A DNA stretch of 64,000 nucleotides from Gemmatimonadota bacterium. GTDB taxonomy: Bacteria > Gemmatimonadota > Gemmatimonadetes > Gemmatimonadales > GWC2-71-9. The notes beneath the pieces are model-generated. The model was not told the origin of the DNA and ran no database searches. It saw nothing but the letters and a program-made list of their open reading frames with translations. Location of the stretch: NCBI GenBank assembly GCA_025358055.1, contig JANYKV010000063.1, positions 11,569 through 75,568 on the forward strand, read 5' to 3'. This document shows positions 19,462-28,868 of this stretch, one piece after another (positions within the stretch are counted from its first letter, which is position 1; every line of letters begins with the position of its first letter). Position numbers and translations under genes: made by a program.

Positions 19462-19586
19462 GGCGTGCTCCTTGACGTAAGGTGCAGCACGTTCACGGCT
19501 CCGGCCGACTCCGTCAACGCCTTTTTCGGGATTCCGGGGCTGGGGCAGTGCGGCTACGCACTGCCCCACAAGACCTTCAGCCGGCT

Positions 19587-21008
19587 CTACTGACGCTTCA
19601 AAAAATTATATCCATACGACACATCGACACGGAGCCGGGCGACCTTGCCGCCCGTGCGCTCGAACTTGAAATGAGTCTCTTTCAGCGCGAACGTATCGTC
19701 ACCCAGATACTTCACCACCTTTGCAGAGTCAGCCTGGGGTCCGCGGCCCGCCATCTTTACGGTGAGCTTGCCATCCGCTAGCGCAAAAGTGACCTCGCTA
19801 TCCTGACCTCGGCCATGGCCTTTGTACGTTCCAGAAAATTGGCTGAGATCGCCTTCGAACGGCTTGGACTGATCCGGACCCTTCCCAAGAACCGCTTCCG
19901 CAATCTCCTCCGCCACGTCGCCCGGGCCTACCGGCCCAGCCGTATTGAATAGGACTACCACGCTCAACGTGTCCTCCGGGAAGTAGTCGTTCATCGATAG
20001 GAACCCGTTGATCCCGCCTCCGTGGGAAATCGCTCGATGACCGGCGATGTTATGGAGTGCGAGCCCTTTGCTGTAGCGGAGCTTCGTACCGTCGTTCAGC
20101 GTGGCCGGCGCGATGAGTTCCTGATACGCCGGCGCGCCGAGAATTTTGCCGCCATGGAGGGCCTGATTCCAGCCCACCAGATCAATCGCGGAAGAGCACA
20201 ACGACCCCGCCGCGTAGGGCCAGGTGTGATCGAGATATCCCTTGAGCACCAGCCCGGCGGAGTCAGTGTCATAGCCGTGCGCATGGCCCTTGTGGATTGT
20301 CCGCTCGCTACAGTAGTAGGAATCGCTCATGCCTGCCTTGGCGAAGAGGTTCTCCTTCACATAGTCGGCGTAGGATTTGCCGCTCGCTTTCTCGATAATA
20401 AGCCCGGCGAGGAAAAACGCTGAGTTGTTGTAAATCTGTTCCTCACCGGTCTTGAAATCGAACGGTCTCTTGGAGAACAATTTGACCAAGGTATCTCGTG
20501 AAAGTTTCTGAAACCCCAGCAGCCGGAACTCCGGCATCTCGGTGTATCCCTTGATGCCAGAGGTGTGATTCAGGAGGTTCCGCACCGAGATCTTGTTGCC
20601 TTGCTCCGAATACCCAGGGAGGTATTTCGTGATGTCATCATCCAGGTTGATTTTGCCTTGCTCCACCAGCTGCATGACCGCGGCGGCAGTGAACTGCTTG
20701 GTCACCGACCCGATTTCATAGGTCGCATGTGGTGGCGTCGGAACCGCGAGCTCCAAATCGGCCGATCCGTACGCGCGGACCAGAATCGTGTCTCGGCCCT
20801 TGACGACCGCCACCGAAGCCCCGGCCACCTTGCCCGCCTTGATCGGCACCGAGACTAACGAGTCGATTTTGGCCACCAGGGTTTCATGACCGGCAGCCGG
20901 CTGACCCTGCGGCTTGGAGCCGTTACCCCCGTCGGCGGCGGGCGTACCGCTACAACCTACGGCCAGCGCCGCCATACCGATGAAACGTGCCAAACGTCCG
21001 AACGACAT
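19587..21008 (-). CDS. serine hydrolase, class C beta-lactamase / family VIII esterase / D-aminopeptidase-like; probable lipoprotein
   Basis: Start at MSFGRLARFIGMAALAVGCSG. SxxK as SVTKQF, YxN as IYNNS, and an HGG box (ISHGGGINGF). Confidence 0.8.
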   Translation of the reverse strand: MSFGRLARFIGMAALAVGCSGTPAADGGNGSKPQGQPAAGHETLVAKIDSLVSVPIKAGKVAGASVAVVKGRDTILVRAYGSADLELAVPTPPHATYEIGSVTKQFTAAAVMQLVEQGKINLDDDITKYLPGYSEQGNKISVRNLLNHTSGIKGYTEMPEFRLLGFQKLSRDTLVKLFSKRPFDFKTGEEQIYNNSAFFLAGLIIEKASGKSYADYVKENLFAKAGMSDSYYCSERTIHKGHAHGYDTDSAGLVLKGYLDHTWPYAAGSLCSSAIDLVGWNQALHGGKILGAPAYQELIAPATLNDGTKLRYSKGLALHNIAGHRAISHGGGINGFLSMNDYFPEDTLSVVVLFNTAGPVGPGDVAEEIAEAVLGKGPDQSKPFEGDLSQFSGTYKGHGRGQDSEVTFALADGKLTVKMAGRGPQADSAKVVKYLGDDTFALKETHFKFERTGGKVARLRVDVSYGYNFLKRQ

Positions 21009-21064
21009 GATCGTGGTCCTTTGCAGAAGAGGGACGATAGGGGTGAGTCCAATACGCGAGATCA

Positions 21065-21568
21065 TCAGGTCACCGGCCGGTAGGACATCGCCTTGAGGCC
21101 AACGTACTTCCGTATCGTGGCGAGCTGGCCAATGTGATAGGCCTCGTGGTGCATGAGAAAGGTGATGGTACCGAGGAGGGTCGGGCTCACCGCGGGAAAT
21201 TTGTGGGGCGCGGGGCCGGCCAAAACCTCCTCGGTGAGCCGAACGAGGCCTCCTTCGACCAAGGGGCTGATTTCACCCCAGGCGCTCGCGATCTGGGTCA
21301 AAGACGGCATTCGCGCGATATCGTCGATCCCCTTCGCCCCTTCCAGTGCCCCATTGAAGAGCGTTGGCCGTTGAAGACCGATGAACTGCCCGAGCATCCC
21401 CCGGACGTCCACCAAGTGGGCGGCCAAAAATGCCGCATTGTTCACCTTCTCGTTCAGTCGCATGAGGGCGTCGACCTCAGGCATGTCTTTGAGGCAATTC
21501 GTAAACAGGCTGGTGTGGAGCTGATACTGCTCGAGCATCGGCCCCAGCGCGACTGGCAGCGGGCTCAT
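21065..21568 (-). CDS. DinB family protein
   Basis: 167 aa from the ATG at 21568, which overlaps the upstream hydrolase stop (ATGA). Four-helix-bundle-like sequence ending in FLMHHEAYHIGQL, a typical DinB/YfiT His triad context. Confidence 0.7.
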   Translation of the reverse strand: MSPLPVALGPMLEQYQLHTSLFTNCLKDMPEVDALMRLNEKVNNAAFLAAHLVDVRGMLGQFIGLQRPTLFNGALEGAKGIDDIARMPSLTQIASAWGEISPLVEGGLVRLTEEVLAGPAPHKFPAVSPTLLGTITFLMHHEAYHIGQLATIRKYVGLKAMSYRPVT

Positions 21569-23433
21569 GGTACCTCCGGCAAGAGAAGATGCGATGGGGC
21601 CATCGTCGTGTGATGGACGGTGTTGACGGCGCGAACCCAAGTGCTCTCGTCCCAGTTGTTCCCGCCGGTGTTCAGATTGCGATCGTTCCGAGGAAAATCG
21701 CTGCTCGAAATCCACAGTCGGATGCGGTGGCCCGGCGCAAAATGATAGGCGATCGACTTGAGGTTGACCTCGACGCGATAGATTTTCCCGCGCTCCATCC
21801 AGACTTTCTTGCTCTGGCCCTCGCGGTAGCGAGCGCGGAGCACACCATCCACCACATTCCACGACCGGCCCTTTTCGTCGACGTCGATAAGTTTCCCGGT
21901 GAAGTCCGTGTCCTTTGCGTCCGAGGAGACATACAACACCGCTCGCACTGGTCCAGCGATCGTCACCCCCTTCGTAAGCACCGGGGTGGAATACACGAGG
22001 AGATCAGGCCGGGTTTCCAAATCGGTCTGATCAAAAACACCGGGTTGGTCCGTTGGATTCCCCGTGCAACAGATCGTACCGCCTCGGGAAGGAAACGGAT
22101 CCCCAGGATCGTAGACCAGCGTGTCTTTCGTCCCACCCCGCGGCCGGGCGAGGGAGAGCAGGCCGTCGCCCGCACTAGTGTTTGCACTGGTGGTGCTCGC
22201 GAGATAATAGGAGACCTGCCGCATTTCCGGAACCGGCCAGGTTGGTGCGGTCCGCCACTCGTTCTTGCCCATCACGTAGTACCGCACCTTGGGAAGATTG
22301 TCGAGGCCGGATTTGTTCCCCCTGAGCCAATAGTCAAACCAACCCACATACATCGCCAGGTAACCGAAGCGGGCATCTCCGAAGTCTTTGTCGCCCACTT
22401 TGGTGTGCTCGGATGCCGATTCCGATGCGCAGTGCCCCGTCGGAGAAATCACGATGTACTGGTGGTCCCGAGCGGCCACGTTCACCGCATTCCGCCGCAT
22501 CAAGTTGAACAGATAGAGGCTCTGCTCCGCTCCGTAGTCCAGCCAGGAATTGACCTGAAGAGCCGGCGTCGAAAAATGATCGTCGTCGCTCGCGTACCCG
22601 GGTTCCTCCCAGTACGGATCGCCCGGCCCAGAAGTGACATAGTCCTCCCAATCCGTCTTGGGTCCGCCGGCTTTTCGCATCATGTCGACGAGGGGGAGGC
22701 TCCGAAGTATCGTGTTGAAATCCACGTTCTCAGGCACTTTCGCCCCTCTCTCCTTCGCCCCGGCTCCCAGAAACCACCCGAATCCCGAGCTGAGCCCAAA
22801 CGTGCCGCCATCGTAGGCGCCGAAGTAGGAGTAGTAGCCGCCCCCCGACCCGAGCCCCCCTGCGGCGGCCTGAGGGATCATGGCCACGTGGTTTGGGTGG
22901 CGCATTCTGGCCAGAAGAATCTGCACTTCGCCCAGGTAGGAGCACCCGTAGGTCCCCACCTTGCCGGTCGACCATGGTTGCTTCACCGCCCAATCGATGG
23001 TGTCGTAACCGTCCCGCCCGTCGGTGAGCTGGACTCGATAGTCTCCCTCGGAATGGAACCTCCCGCGCACGTCCTGGGAAATGATTGCGAATCCCTGCCC
23101 CGCGAAGAACTCGGCGGGCGCCGTGGAGCCTCCATAGGCATCCTTGTTATAGGGAGTTCGCATCACAATCACCGGCACCCTGTCTCCCGCGCCCGTAGGT
23201 CGATAGACGTCCGCCGCCAGCCGCACTCCGTCGCGCATCGGGATCATCACATTCTTGACGACCGTGTACGGATAACGCGGCTTGGGTAGCGCAAACCCGT
23301 CACTTGGCGCTTGAGCGTCGACGGTGAGCGCCACCCCAACCATAAGAAACGCGGCAACACCGAGCCCTGACACGCGGCCAGGCAGCACCGGTCGGGTGAG
23401 TGAGGCGGGAGCGAAGGACGGGACATTTCTCAT
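21565..23433 (-). CDS. CocE/NonD family hydrolase (S15 fold), paralogue B
   Basis: Start at MRNVPSFAP...GVAAFLMVGVALTVDAQA (ATG 23433). Motif QDVRGRF.SEG and nucleophile YGCSYLG. Only distantly related to paralogue A. Confidence 0.85.
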   Translation of the reverse strand: MRNVPSFAPASLTRPVLPGRVSGLGVAAFLMVGVALTVDAQAPSDGFALPKPRYPYTVVKNVMIPMRDGVRLAADVYRPTGAGDRVPVIVMRTPYNKDAYGGSTAPAEFFAGQGFAIISQDVRGRFHSEGDYRVQLTDGRDGYDTIDWAVKQPWSTGKVGTYGCSYLGEVQILLARMRHPNHVAMIPQAAAGGLGSGGGYYSYFGAYDGGTFGLSSGFGWFLGAGAKERGAKVPENVDFNTILRSLPLVDMMRKAGGPKTDWEDYVTSGPGDPYWEEPGYASDDDHFSTPALQVNSWLDYGAEQSLYLFNLMRRNAVNVAARDHQYIVISPTGHCASESASEHTKVGDKDFGDARFGYLAMYVGWFDYWLRGNKSGLDNLPKVRYYVMGKNEWRTAPTWPVPEMRQVSYYLASTTSANTSAGDGLLSLARPRGGTKDTLVYDPGDPFPSRGGTICCTGNPTDQPGVFDQTDLETRPDLLVYSTPVLTKGVTIAGPVRAVLYVSSDAKDTDFTGKLIDVDEKGRSWNVVDGVLRARYREGQSKKVWMERGKIYRVEVNLKSIAYHFAPGHRIRLWISSSDFPRNDRNLNTGGNNWDESTWVRAVNTVHHTTMAPSHLLLPEVP

Positions 23434-23602
23434 GGGCACCACCGGGGCATGAGGCGATTCGGGCAAGTCGATTTGGTCGGGCCTAGCAATTGTATCCAAT
23501 TTCGAGCCCACCGCAATGCAGGTCCCGACCGCCTGGTCGTTCCCGCCCACCCCTCTTACCTTCGGAGCTTCGCCGCATGGCTCCCTATCCCCGGATTCTC
23601 CT

Positions 23603-25006
23603 ATGCCCTGTCGAGTTCGGCTCTTTTGCATCTGGTCCTTCGCTCTCCTGGCCCCCGTCTCGCTTATGGGGCAGCGTCCCGCGGCCGTAGTGCCACCCTC
23701 CGCGCTGCAACGGGAGTATCAGGCAATCGCGGACCGAATCATCAGCGCTGCGCTGGCCGATAGCGCTGCGTGGCAGAAACTCGCGGAGCTCACGGACCGA
23801 TTTGGAAATCGGATCAGCGGTTCGGAGAGCCTCGAGCGCGCCATCGATTGGATCATCGAGCGGATGAAGTCGGAAGGACTGGCGAACGTTCGTGGAGAGC
23901 CGGTCATGGTACCAAAATGGGTCCGGGGCCACGAGATGGCCGACCTGGTATCCCCGCGATACCTCCGACTTCCCATGCTGGGGCTCGGAGGTAGCGTGGC
24001 AACACCTCGAGGAGGGATCTCCGCCGAGGTCCTGGTGGTCAGCAGCTTTGACGACTTACGCGCGAACGCGGCGCAGGCCAAAGGGAAGATCGTCCTGTTC
24101 GACGTGCCCTTCACCAACTACGGGGAGACAGTTCAATACAGAGGGGCGGGCGCGATTGAGGCCGCGAAGGTCGGGGCGGTGGCAAGCATGATTCGATCGG
24201 TTGGGCCGTTCGGCCTGCGCACACCCCACACGGGTGCGCTCCGCTACGACACAACGGTCGCCAAGATCCCCCATTTCGCCATCACGATGGAAGACGCCGC
24301 GATGCTCCACCGGATGCAGAATCGGGGCGAGCATGTCGTCGTCCGGGTTGAAATGGAAGCCGTGACCATGCCGGATGCCCTATCCCGCAACGTCATGGGG
24401 GAGATCGTGGGCCGAGACAGGCCCGATGAGGTCGTTGTCATGGGCGGACACATCGATTCCTGGGACGTGGGGACAGGTGCGATGGACGATGGCGGCGGAG
24501 TCGTGATCGCTTGGGAAGCGCTCCGACTACTAAAGAAGCTCGGCCTCCAACCCCATCGGACGATCAGGGCGGTGGGCTGGACCAATGAAGAAAACGGGGG
24601 ACGCGGTGGTGAGGCCTACCGGAACGCCCATCAAGCAGAGATGGGGAAACACGTTCTGGCGATTGAATCAGACGGAGGCGTGTTCAAACCAATTGGATTC
24701 GGTTTCACCGGCTCCGATTCCGCGCGCACGATCCTCCGGAAAATTGCCGGACTCCTCCACCGGATTGAAGCCGATTCCATCGCCGCCAGTGGCGGCGGCG
24801 CAGACATTGGCCCGATCATGGAAGCCGGAGTGCCGGGAATGGGACACCTGGTCGATGGAACGAAATATTTCTGGTATCACCACACCGAAGCGGACAACAT
24901 CGACAAGCTTAACCCGCGCGAAATCGCAATGAACGTCGCGGCCATGGCCGTCATGGCCTACGTCGTCGCGGAGTTGCCGGAGCCGCTTCCTCGTCTCAAG
25001 AAGTAG
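23603..25006 (+). CDS. secreted M28 family aminopeptidase
   Basis: Start at MPCRVRLFCIWSFALLAPVSLMG (ATG 23603). VVVMGGHIDSWDVGTGAMDDGGG, WTNEENGGRGG and HHTEADN metal-ligand motifs. Confidence 0.85.
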   Translation: MPCRVRLFCIWSFALLAPVSLMGQRPAAVVPPSALQREYQAIADRIISAALADSAAWQKLAELTDRFGNRISGSESLERAIDWIIERMKSEGLANVRGEPVMVPKWVRGHEMADLVSPRYLRLPMLGLGGSVATPRGGISAEVLVVSSFDDLRANAAQAKGKIVLFDVPFTNYGETVQYRGAGAIEAAKVGAVASMIRSVGPFGLRTPHTGALRYDTTVAKIPHFAITMEDAAMLHRMQNRGEHVVVRVEMEAVTMPDALSRNVMGEIVGRDRPDEVVVMGGHIDSWDVGTGAMDDGGGVVIAWEALRLLKKLGLQPHRTIRAVGWTNEENGGRGGEAYRNAHQAEMGKHVLAIESDGGVFKPIGFGFTGSDSARTILRKIAGLLHRIEADSIAASGGGADIGPIMEAGVPGMGHLVDGTKYFWYHHTEADNIDKLNPREIAMNVAAMAVMAYVVAELPEPLPRLKK

Positions 25007-25191
25007 GCTGCTTAGGGAGGCTCTGTACAAGGGTCGAGGCGGTGCCGGGGCTCGTCCGCAGGGTCCCTCCAGGCGCCCGGCTTTGCGGTCATGACGGTAA
25101 CGCGGTGAGGGCCAGCTACCTACGAGCCCTCCGGGATCCCTGCGGCCTCCCCCCGCTGCGGGACCAGTGCAGAGTTTCCCTGGGGCGTCAC

Positions 25192-25776
25192 CTACGGCAC
25201 GATCATGATGTGAGCCCAAGGTTTCCCTGGATCCATGATCCAGGGGACACCGCGGGCCGGTGTGGCGGTGATTCCGGTCGTCTCTGGGGTCGCAAAGGGA
25301 ATGTAGACTACCGCCAGCGGTTGCGCATGCTTCGGTTTGCCGGTGACGGGATCGAGATCCTTTGCCTCGGCGTTGAGGGTGTACAACGCGGCTGGGCGGT
25401 CGGGCATCTTCAGGGCACCAGACTTCACCTCCGCGAGGCGAATACTCTCGATCTCCGGGCGTTTCTTGCCCTCAATCCGGAGTTGTCTCCCACGAGCCAT
25501 GAAGGGATCGAGGGCCTTGTGGTAGCAGGCGACCTGGTAGTTGGGATCTTTGGGATCGTCCGCAAGGCACACCATGTCGCCAGTACCGGCCCGAAGCGTC
25601 ACGAACAGGCCCTTGGCGTCATATCCCATGACGGTCGCGGTTGCCTTGAGCTCTTTCGGAGCGGCCTCGATCGCATCAGCGACCTGCTTTTCTTTTGGCG
25701 GTACCCGGATCGGTGCCTGAGCTGTGAGTGAGCCCGAGGCCACGCTGATCATCAAGACCATCCAACGATACTCCAT
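25192..25776 (-). CDS. secreted hypothetical protein
   Basis: 194 aa from the ATG at 25776 (GGAG upstream). Signal peptide MEYRWMVLMISVASGSLTAQA and balanced composition. Lies 22 bp downstream of the amidohydrolase on the same strand. No family recognised. Confidence 0.55.
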   Translation of the reverse strand: MEYRWMVLMISVASGSLTAQAPIRVPPKEKQVADAIEAAPKELKATATVMGYDAKGLFVTLRAGTGDMVCLADDPKDPNYQVACYHKALDPFMARGRQLRIEGKKRPEIESIRLAEVKSGALKMPDRPAALYTLNAEAKDLDPVTGKPKHAQPLAVVYIPFATPETTGITATPARGVPWIMDPGKPWAHIMIVP

Positions 25777-25798
25777 AAGAAGTCTCCGTCCGCTGACG

Positions 25799-27169
25799 TT
25801 AGTGACTCGCTGCGAGGGCAGCGAGGCGTTGATCGATTTCACTCCGACCGAGCCAACGGCCCTTGAGCACCACACCGTTGATTCGTGATACCGCGCCAAT
25901 GCCCCGGAGGGGATTGGCGTCAAGCAGCAGGAGATCCGCTCGTTTGCCCGGCTCGACGGTGCCGGCCTCGTTGATCGTCTTGAACATCTCGGCCACGTTC
26001 CGCGTCCCCGACGCCAGTGCCTCGTATGGCGTGAGACCGGCCGCCACCACCAACTGCAACTCATGGGCGATCGAGAATCCGGGGACATTCCCGATTTGCG
26101 GCGAGTCGGAGCCCAGCACGAATCGCACGCCACCGTCATGCAGGGACTTGATCAAGAGTCGCCTGAGCTCCAAGAACCGCTGTCTTCGCGCGGGAGTATT
26201 CTTCGGATCGTTGCGAACCGCGGCAATCGCCTTCTTCCACTGATCGAGATCTTGCTGCGGCCAATACTTCATCTCGGGGCGCGACACGATCGCATCGATC
26301 GATTCGGTCCCTGCAATCGTTTCGAACAAGGTTTCAGTGGGGGTTACCCATACACCCGCCACGCGAGTCGCTCCGACCAGGGCGGGTAACTTGTTGACGT
26401 CGACCTGGTCCACGAGTCCTAAGCCAAAGAATCCATCATCAGCGAGACCGACGGGCTCACCATTGCCGTAGAGTCCTTCGAGATAGCCGTCGATGTGTTC
26501 GACTGTCCAATATTTGGAGGCGATGGCCCGCCGGATCCCCACATCCAGTGGCACATGCCCGGCGAATCGGATACCGAGCCGATCGGCGGTAGCGGCAAGA
26601 GAATCGAAGACCTCACGCTTGATTCCGGGATGGATTTTCAGGAGATCGAATCCCGCAGCCTTCTGTTCAGAGACTGACTTGATCGCGGCAGCAACGGTGG
26701 GCACGCTGGTTCCGTTGAGCGAAGGTCCCGCGGCGTAGATCCGGGGGCTCAGAATCTCACCGAGCTCCGCGAGGCGACGGAGCTCGAGGTGACTCGCGTG
26801 CCCGAACATCCCTCGCACGGTGGTGACGCCGTTGAGCACGTAGAGGGCCAGAACCCGTTTCACCGTACTGTCGGGCGCCGGAGCAAACGGAATATGCGAG
26901 TGCATTTCCGTGAGACCCGGCATCAGGAACTTCCCGGTGCCATCGACCCGGACGTACCCCGGCGGCACCGAGACCGTGGTGGCCGAGCCGACCGTCTCGA
27001 TTCGCCCGGCCCGGACCAGAACCGTCTGGCCCTCCAGCACGCGCTCGCGATCCATGGGAATGACGTTGACATTGACTATCGCGATTGGACTCTGAGCGCC
27101 GGTTGAATGCGCTGGCGTCAATGCGATCAATACGCTCAGCGCGAGCGAGGGGCCACATTTCACGATCAT
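25799..27169 (-). CDS. secreted amidohydrolase family protein (metal-dependent hydrolase)
   Basis: Signal peptide, HxH motif in GLTEMHSHI, and the C-terminal GSDSP and ADLLLLD motifs typical of the amidohydrolase fold. Confidence 0.8.
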   Translation of the reverse strand: MIVKCGPSLALSVLIALTPAHSTGAQSPIAIVNVNVIPMDRERVLEGQTVLVRAGRIETVGSATTVSVPPGYVRVDGTGKFLMPGLTEMHSHIPFAPAPDSTVKRVLALYVLNGVTTVRGMFGHASHLELRRLAELGEILSPRIYAAGPSLNGTSVPTVAAAIKSVSEQKAAGFDLLKIHPGIKREVFDSLAATADRLGIRFAGHVPLDVGIRRAIASKYWTVEHIDGYLEGLYGNGEPVGLADDGFFGLGLVDQVDVNKLPALVGATRVAGVWVTPTETLFETIAGTESIDAIVSRPEMKYWPQQDLDQWKKAIAAVRNDPKNTPARRQRFLELRRLLIKSLHDGGVRFVLGSDSPQIGNVPGFSIAHELQLVVAAGLTPYEALASGTRNVAEMFKTINEAGTVEPGKRADLLLLDANPLRGIGAVSRINGVVLKGRWLGRSEIDQRLAALAASH

Positions 27170-27226
27170 ACGGTCCTCCAGATCAACGTCTTTGGCTCGA
27201 GGAGAGCGAGGACATGGAATCTACCT

Positions 27227-27991
27227 TCATTCCGGACGCCCGACGCGGAAAAAGAGTCGCCAGGTGATCTCTCGAGCAAGACCCACCGGTCCCCAGGCAC
27301 GCTCCATCGCCGGCTCCATCATGGCCACCGCATCGGTTTGGTGGGCATCGGCGTAGTGTTTCGCGGCGGACCAGGTCCGCAAGAATCCGTTAAACTGGGC
27401 GCAGGTCCAGGAGGCCTGCATCGCAAAAGTCGGAGCCTCGAGCTCCCGGAACGGAAACGCGATGGTCCGATACTCCTCGGCGACGAGCTCCCGCCCTTCC
27501 GGCCAGTATGCGCCGAGTACGTCCCGATACAGATGCGCCATGACTGATTCGATCGCGGGGGTCACCTTCGGGTAGGTGTAGCACCAGAGGGCGAGCACGC
27601 CTCCGGGTTTCAGGACCCGGCGCACCTCTCTGTAGAATCGATCAAGGTGGAACCAATGCACCGCCTGGGCGACGGTGACCAAATCGACTGAATGCGACGC
27701 CAAGCCGCTCTGCTCAGCGGTAGCGACGGAATAGGTGATCCTGGGATGGGAAAAAACACCACGGATTTGGTCGGCGCTCGCATCGGTCGCAACAATCCGG
27801 TGGAAGTGACCGGCAAGACCGAGCGCCGCTTGCCCGTTTCCGGTCCCGCAATCCCAGGCACAATCGGTTGTCTCCACCAATGAGGCCAGCCAGGCGAAGA
27901 GCCCGGCGGGGTAATGGGGCCGGAAGGCGGAATAGCCTTTCGCCAGACTCGAAAAATGGTCTCGGAACGCGGGGGAATCACCCAAAGGCAA
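27227..27991 (-). CDS. class I SAM-dependent methyltransferase
   Basis: Motif I AWDCGTGNGQAA and a post-I acidic residue (VATDAS). 254 aa. Confidence 0.8.
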   Translation of the reverse strand: MPLGDSPAFRDHFSSLAKGYSAFRPHYPAGLFAWLASLVETTDCAWDCGTGNGQAALGLAGHFHRIVATDASADQIRGVFSHPRITYSVATAEQSGLASHSVDLVTVAQAVHWFHLDRFYREVRRVLKPGGVLALWCYTYPKVTPAIESVMAHLYRDVLGAYWPEGRELVAEEYRTIAFPFRELEAPTFAMQASWTCAQFNGFLRTWSAAKHYADAHQTDAVAMMEPAMERAWGPVGLAREITWRLFFRVGRPE

Positions 27992-28007
27992 GAATCTCGA
28001 GCCAGAG

Positions 28008-28036
28008 GTGCGAAATTCCGGAATCCACTTTATAAT
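28008..28036 (+). promoter_or_regulatory. putative sigma-70-type promoter for the 28099 gene
   Basis: Perfect TATAAT at 28031-28036. Weak -35 GTGCGA at 28008-28013 with a 17-nt spacer. Sits in the 107-bp divergent intergenic region. Confidence 0.25.
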
Positions 28037-28098
28037 ACAAAGTTGTTGCAGGCGACTGGAGACTCAATCGGTCCACCCTTTATTCGTAACGGCGCCGT

Positions 28099-28509
28099 AT
28101 GACATATCTCACCCGCGTCTTGTTTCCCTTGGCGGACCACCGACGGACCCCATGGACACTCCTCAAATGGTGGGAACGTCGCCGGCTCACGTACAATATC
28201 TTCGTCGGTTCGGCCGGGCTCATCGCGCTCGCTCTCATTCGCCTCATCACCTGGCTGCCGCCCCACACCCCGTTCCCCGGCGGCTGGATAGGTGGGGTTC
28301 TCGGCTTCGCCGTTATGGCCAATGCTTGCTACTCCTTCGGCTGGGCAACGGAAACCTTCATGCGATTGCTCTGGGGAGAAGAAGCCCCCCGGGTTGGTCC
28401 GGCGCTCTTCCGTCAGGGAGTGGCCTTCTCGATTGGTCTTCCGTTCCTCGGTGTCTTCATCTTCGGTATGAACTGGGTGATGAAGGCGTTAGGGCACCTG
28501 TTTTTCTGA
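28099..28509 (+). CDS. small integral membrane protein, unknown function
   Basis: 136 aa with three predicted TM stretches (IFVGSAGLIALALIRLI, GGVLGFAVMANACYSF, FSIGLPFLGVFIFGMNWV). Confidence 0.5.
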   Translation: MTYLTRVLFPLADHRRTPWTLLKWWERRRLTYNIFVGSAGLIALALIRLITWLPPHTPFPGGWIGGVLGFAVMANACYSFGWATETFMRLLWGEEAPRVGPALFRQGVAFSIGLPFLGVFIFGMNWVMKALGHLFF

Positions 28510-28539
28510 CTCTGGCGATCGGCTTCGCGCCGTCCGAGT

Positions 28540-28851
28540 TCACGACGCGGGTTCGAGCACGTGGATCACCACCGACTTGAGGAGCCCCTTTACGCGGCGG
28601 CGGTATTCCCGCATGTGCGGGGCCTGACCGTGCGCCTCTAACGCTTCCACATTGCGCCATTTCTCGATGACCGTCACGCGATCAGCCCGGCAAGGGGCCT
28701 GTCCGACAATCGAGGTAGGAAGGTCGGTTGTCCCGTCATACTCGATGCATCCCTCCTCGTCGCGAACCAGCGGAACCAACCAACGGAAGTGCGGCAGGAA
28801 TTGCTCTCTTGCGCCATCCTCGAGATCAAGCACCGCAACGACGTGAACCAT
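28540..28851 (-). CDS. antibiotic-biosynthesis-monooxygenase (ABM) domain protein, YgiN-like
   Basis: 103 aa from the ATG at 28851. MVHVVAVLDLEDG...VPLVRDEEGCIEYD...VIEKWRNVEALEAH matches the ferredoxin-like ABM layout. Confidence 0.65.
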   Translation of the reverse strand: MVHVVAVLDLEDGAREQFLPHFRWLVPLVRDEEGCIEYDGTTDLPTSIVGQAPCRADRVTVIEKWRNVEALEAHGQAPHMREYRRRVKGLLKSVVIHVLEPAS

Positions 28852-28868
28852 GATCGCTCCAGAGGCCG

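Noticed and set aside
21589-23289. 566-aa plus-strand ORF, and similar long antisense ORFs (12667..13881, 36227..37459, 30150..31118, 44116..45081, 49022..50119, 57051..58100, 8213..8851, 9162..10013)
   Set aside because: Each lies opposite a gene with clear family motifs, is Arg/Gly/Pro/His-rich, and has no recognisable motif. I interpret them as stop-codon-poor antisense frames of high-GC DNA.
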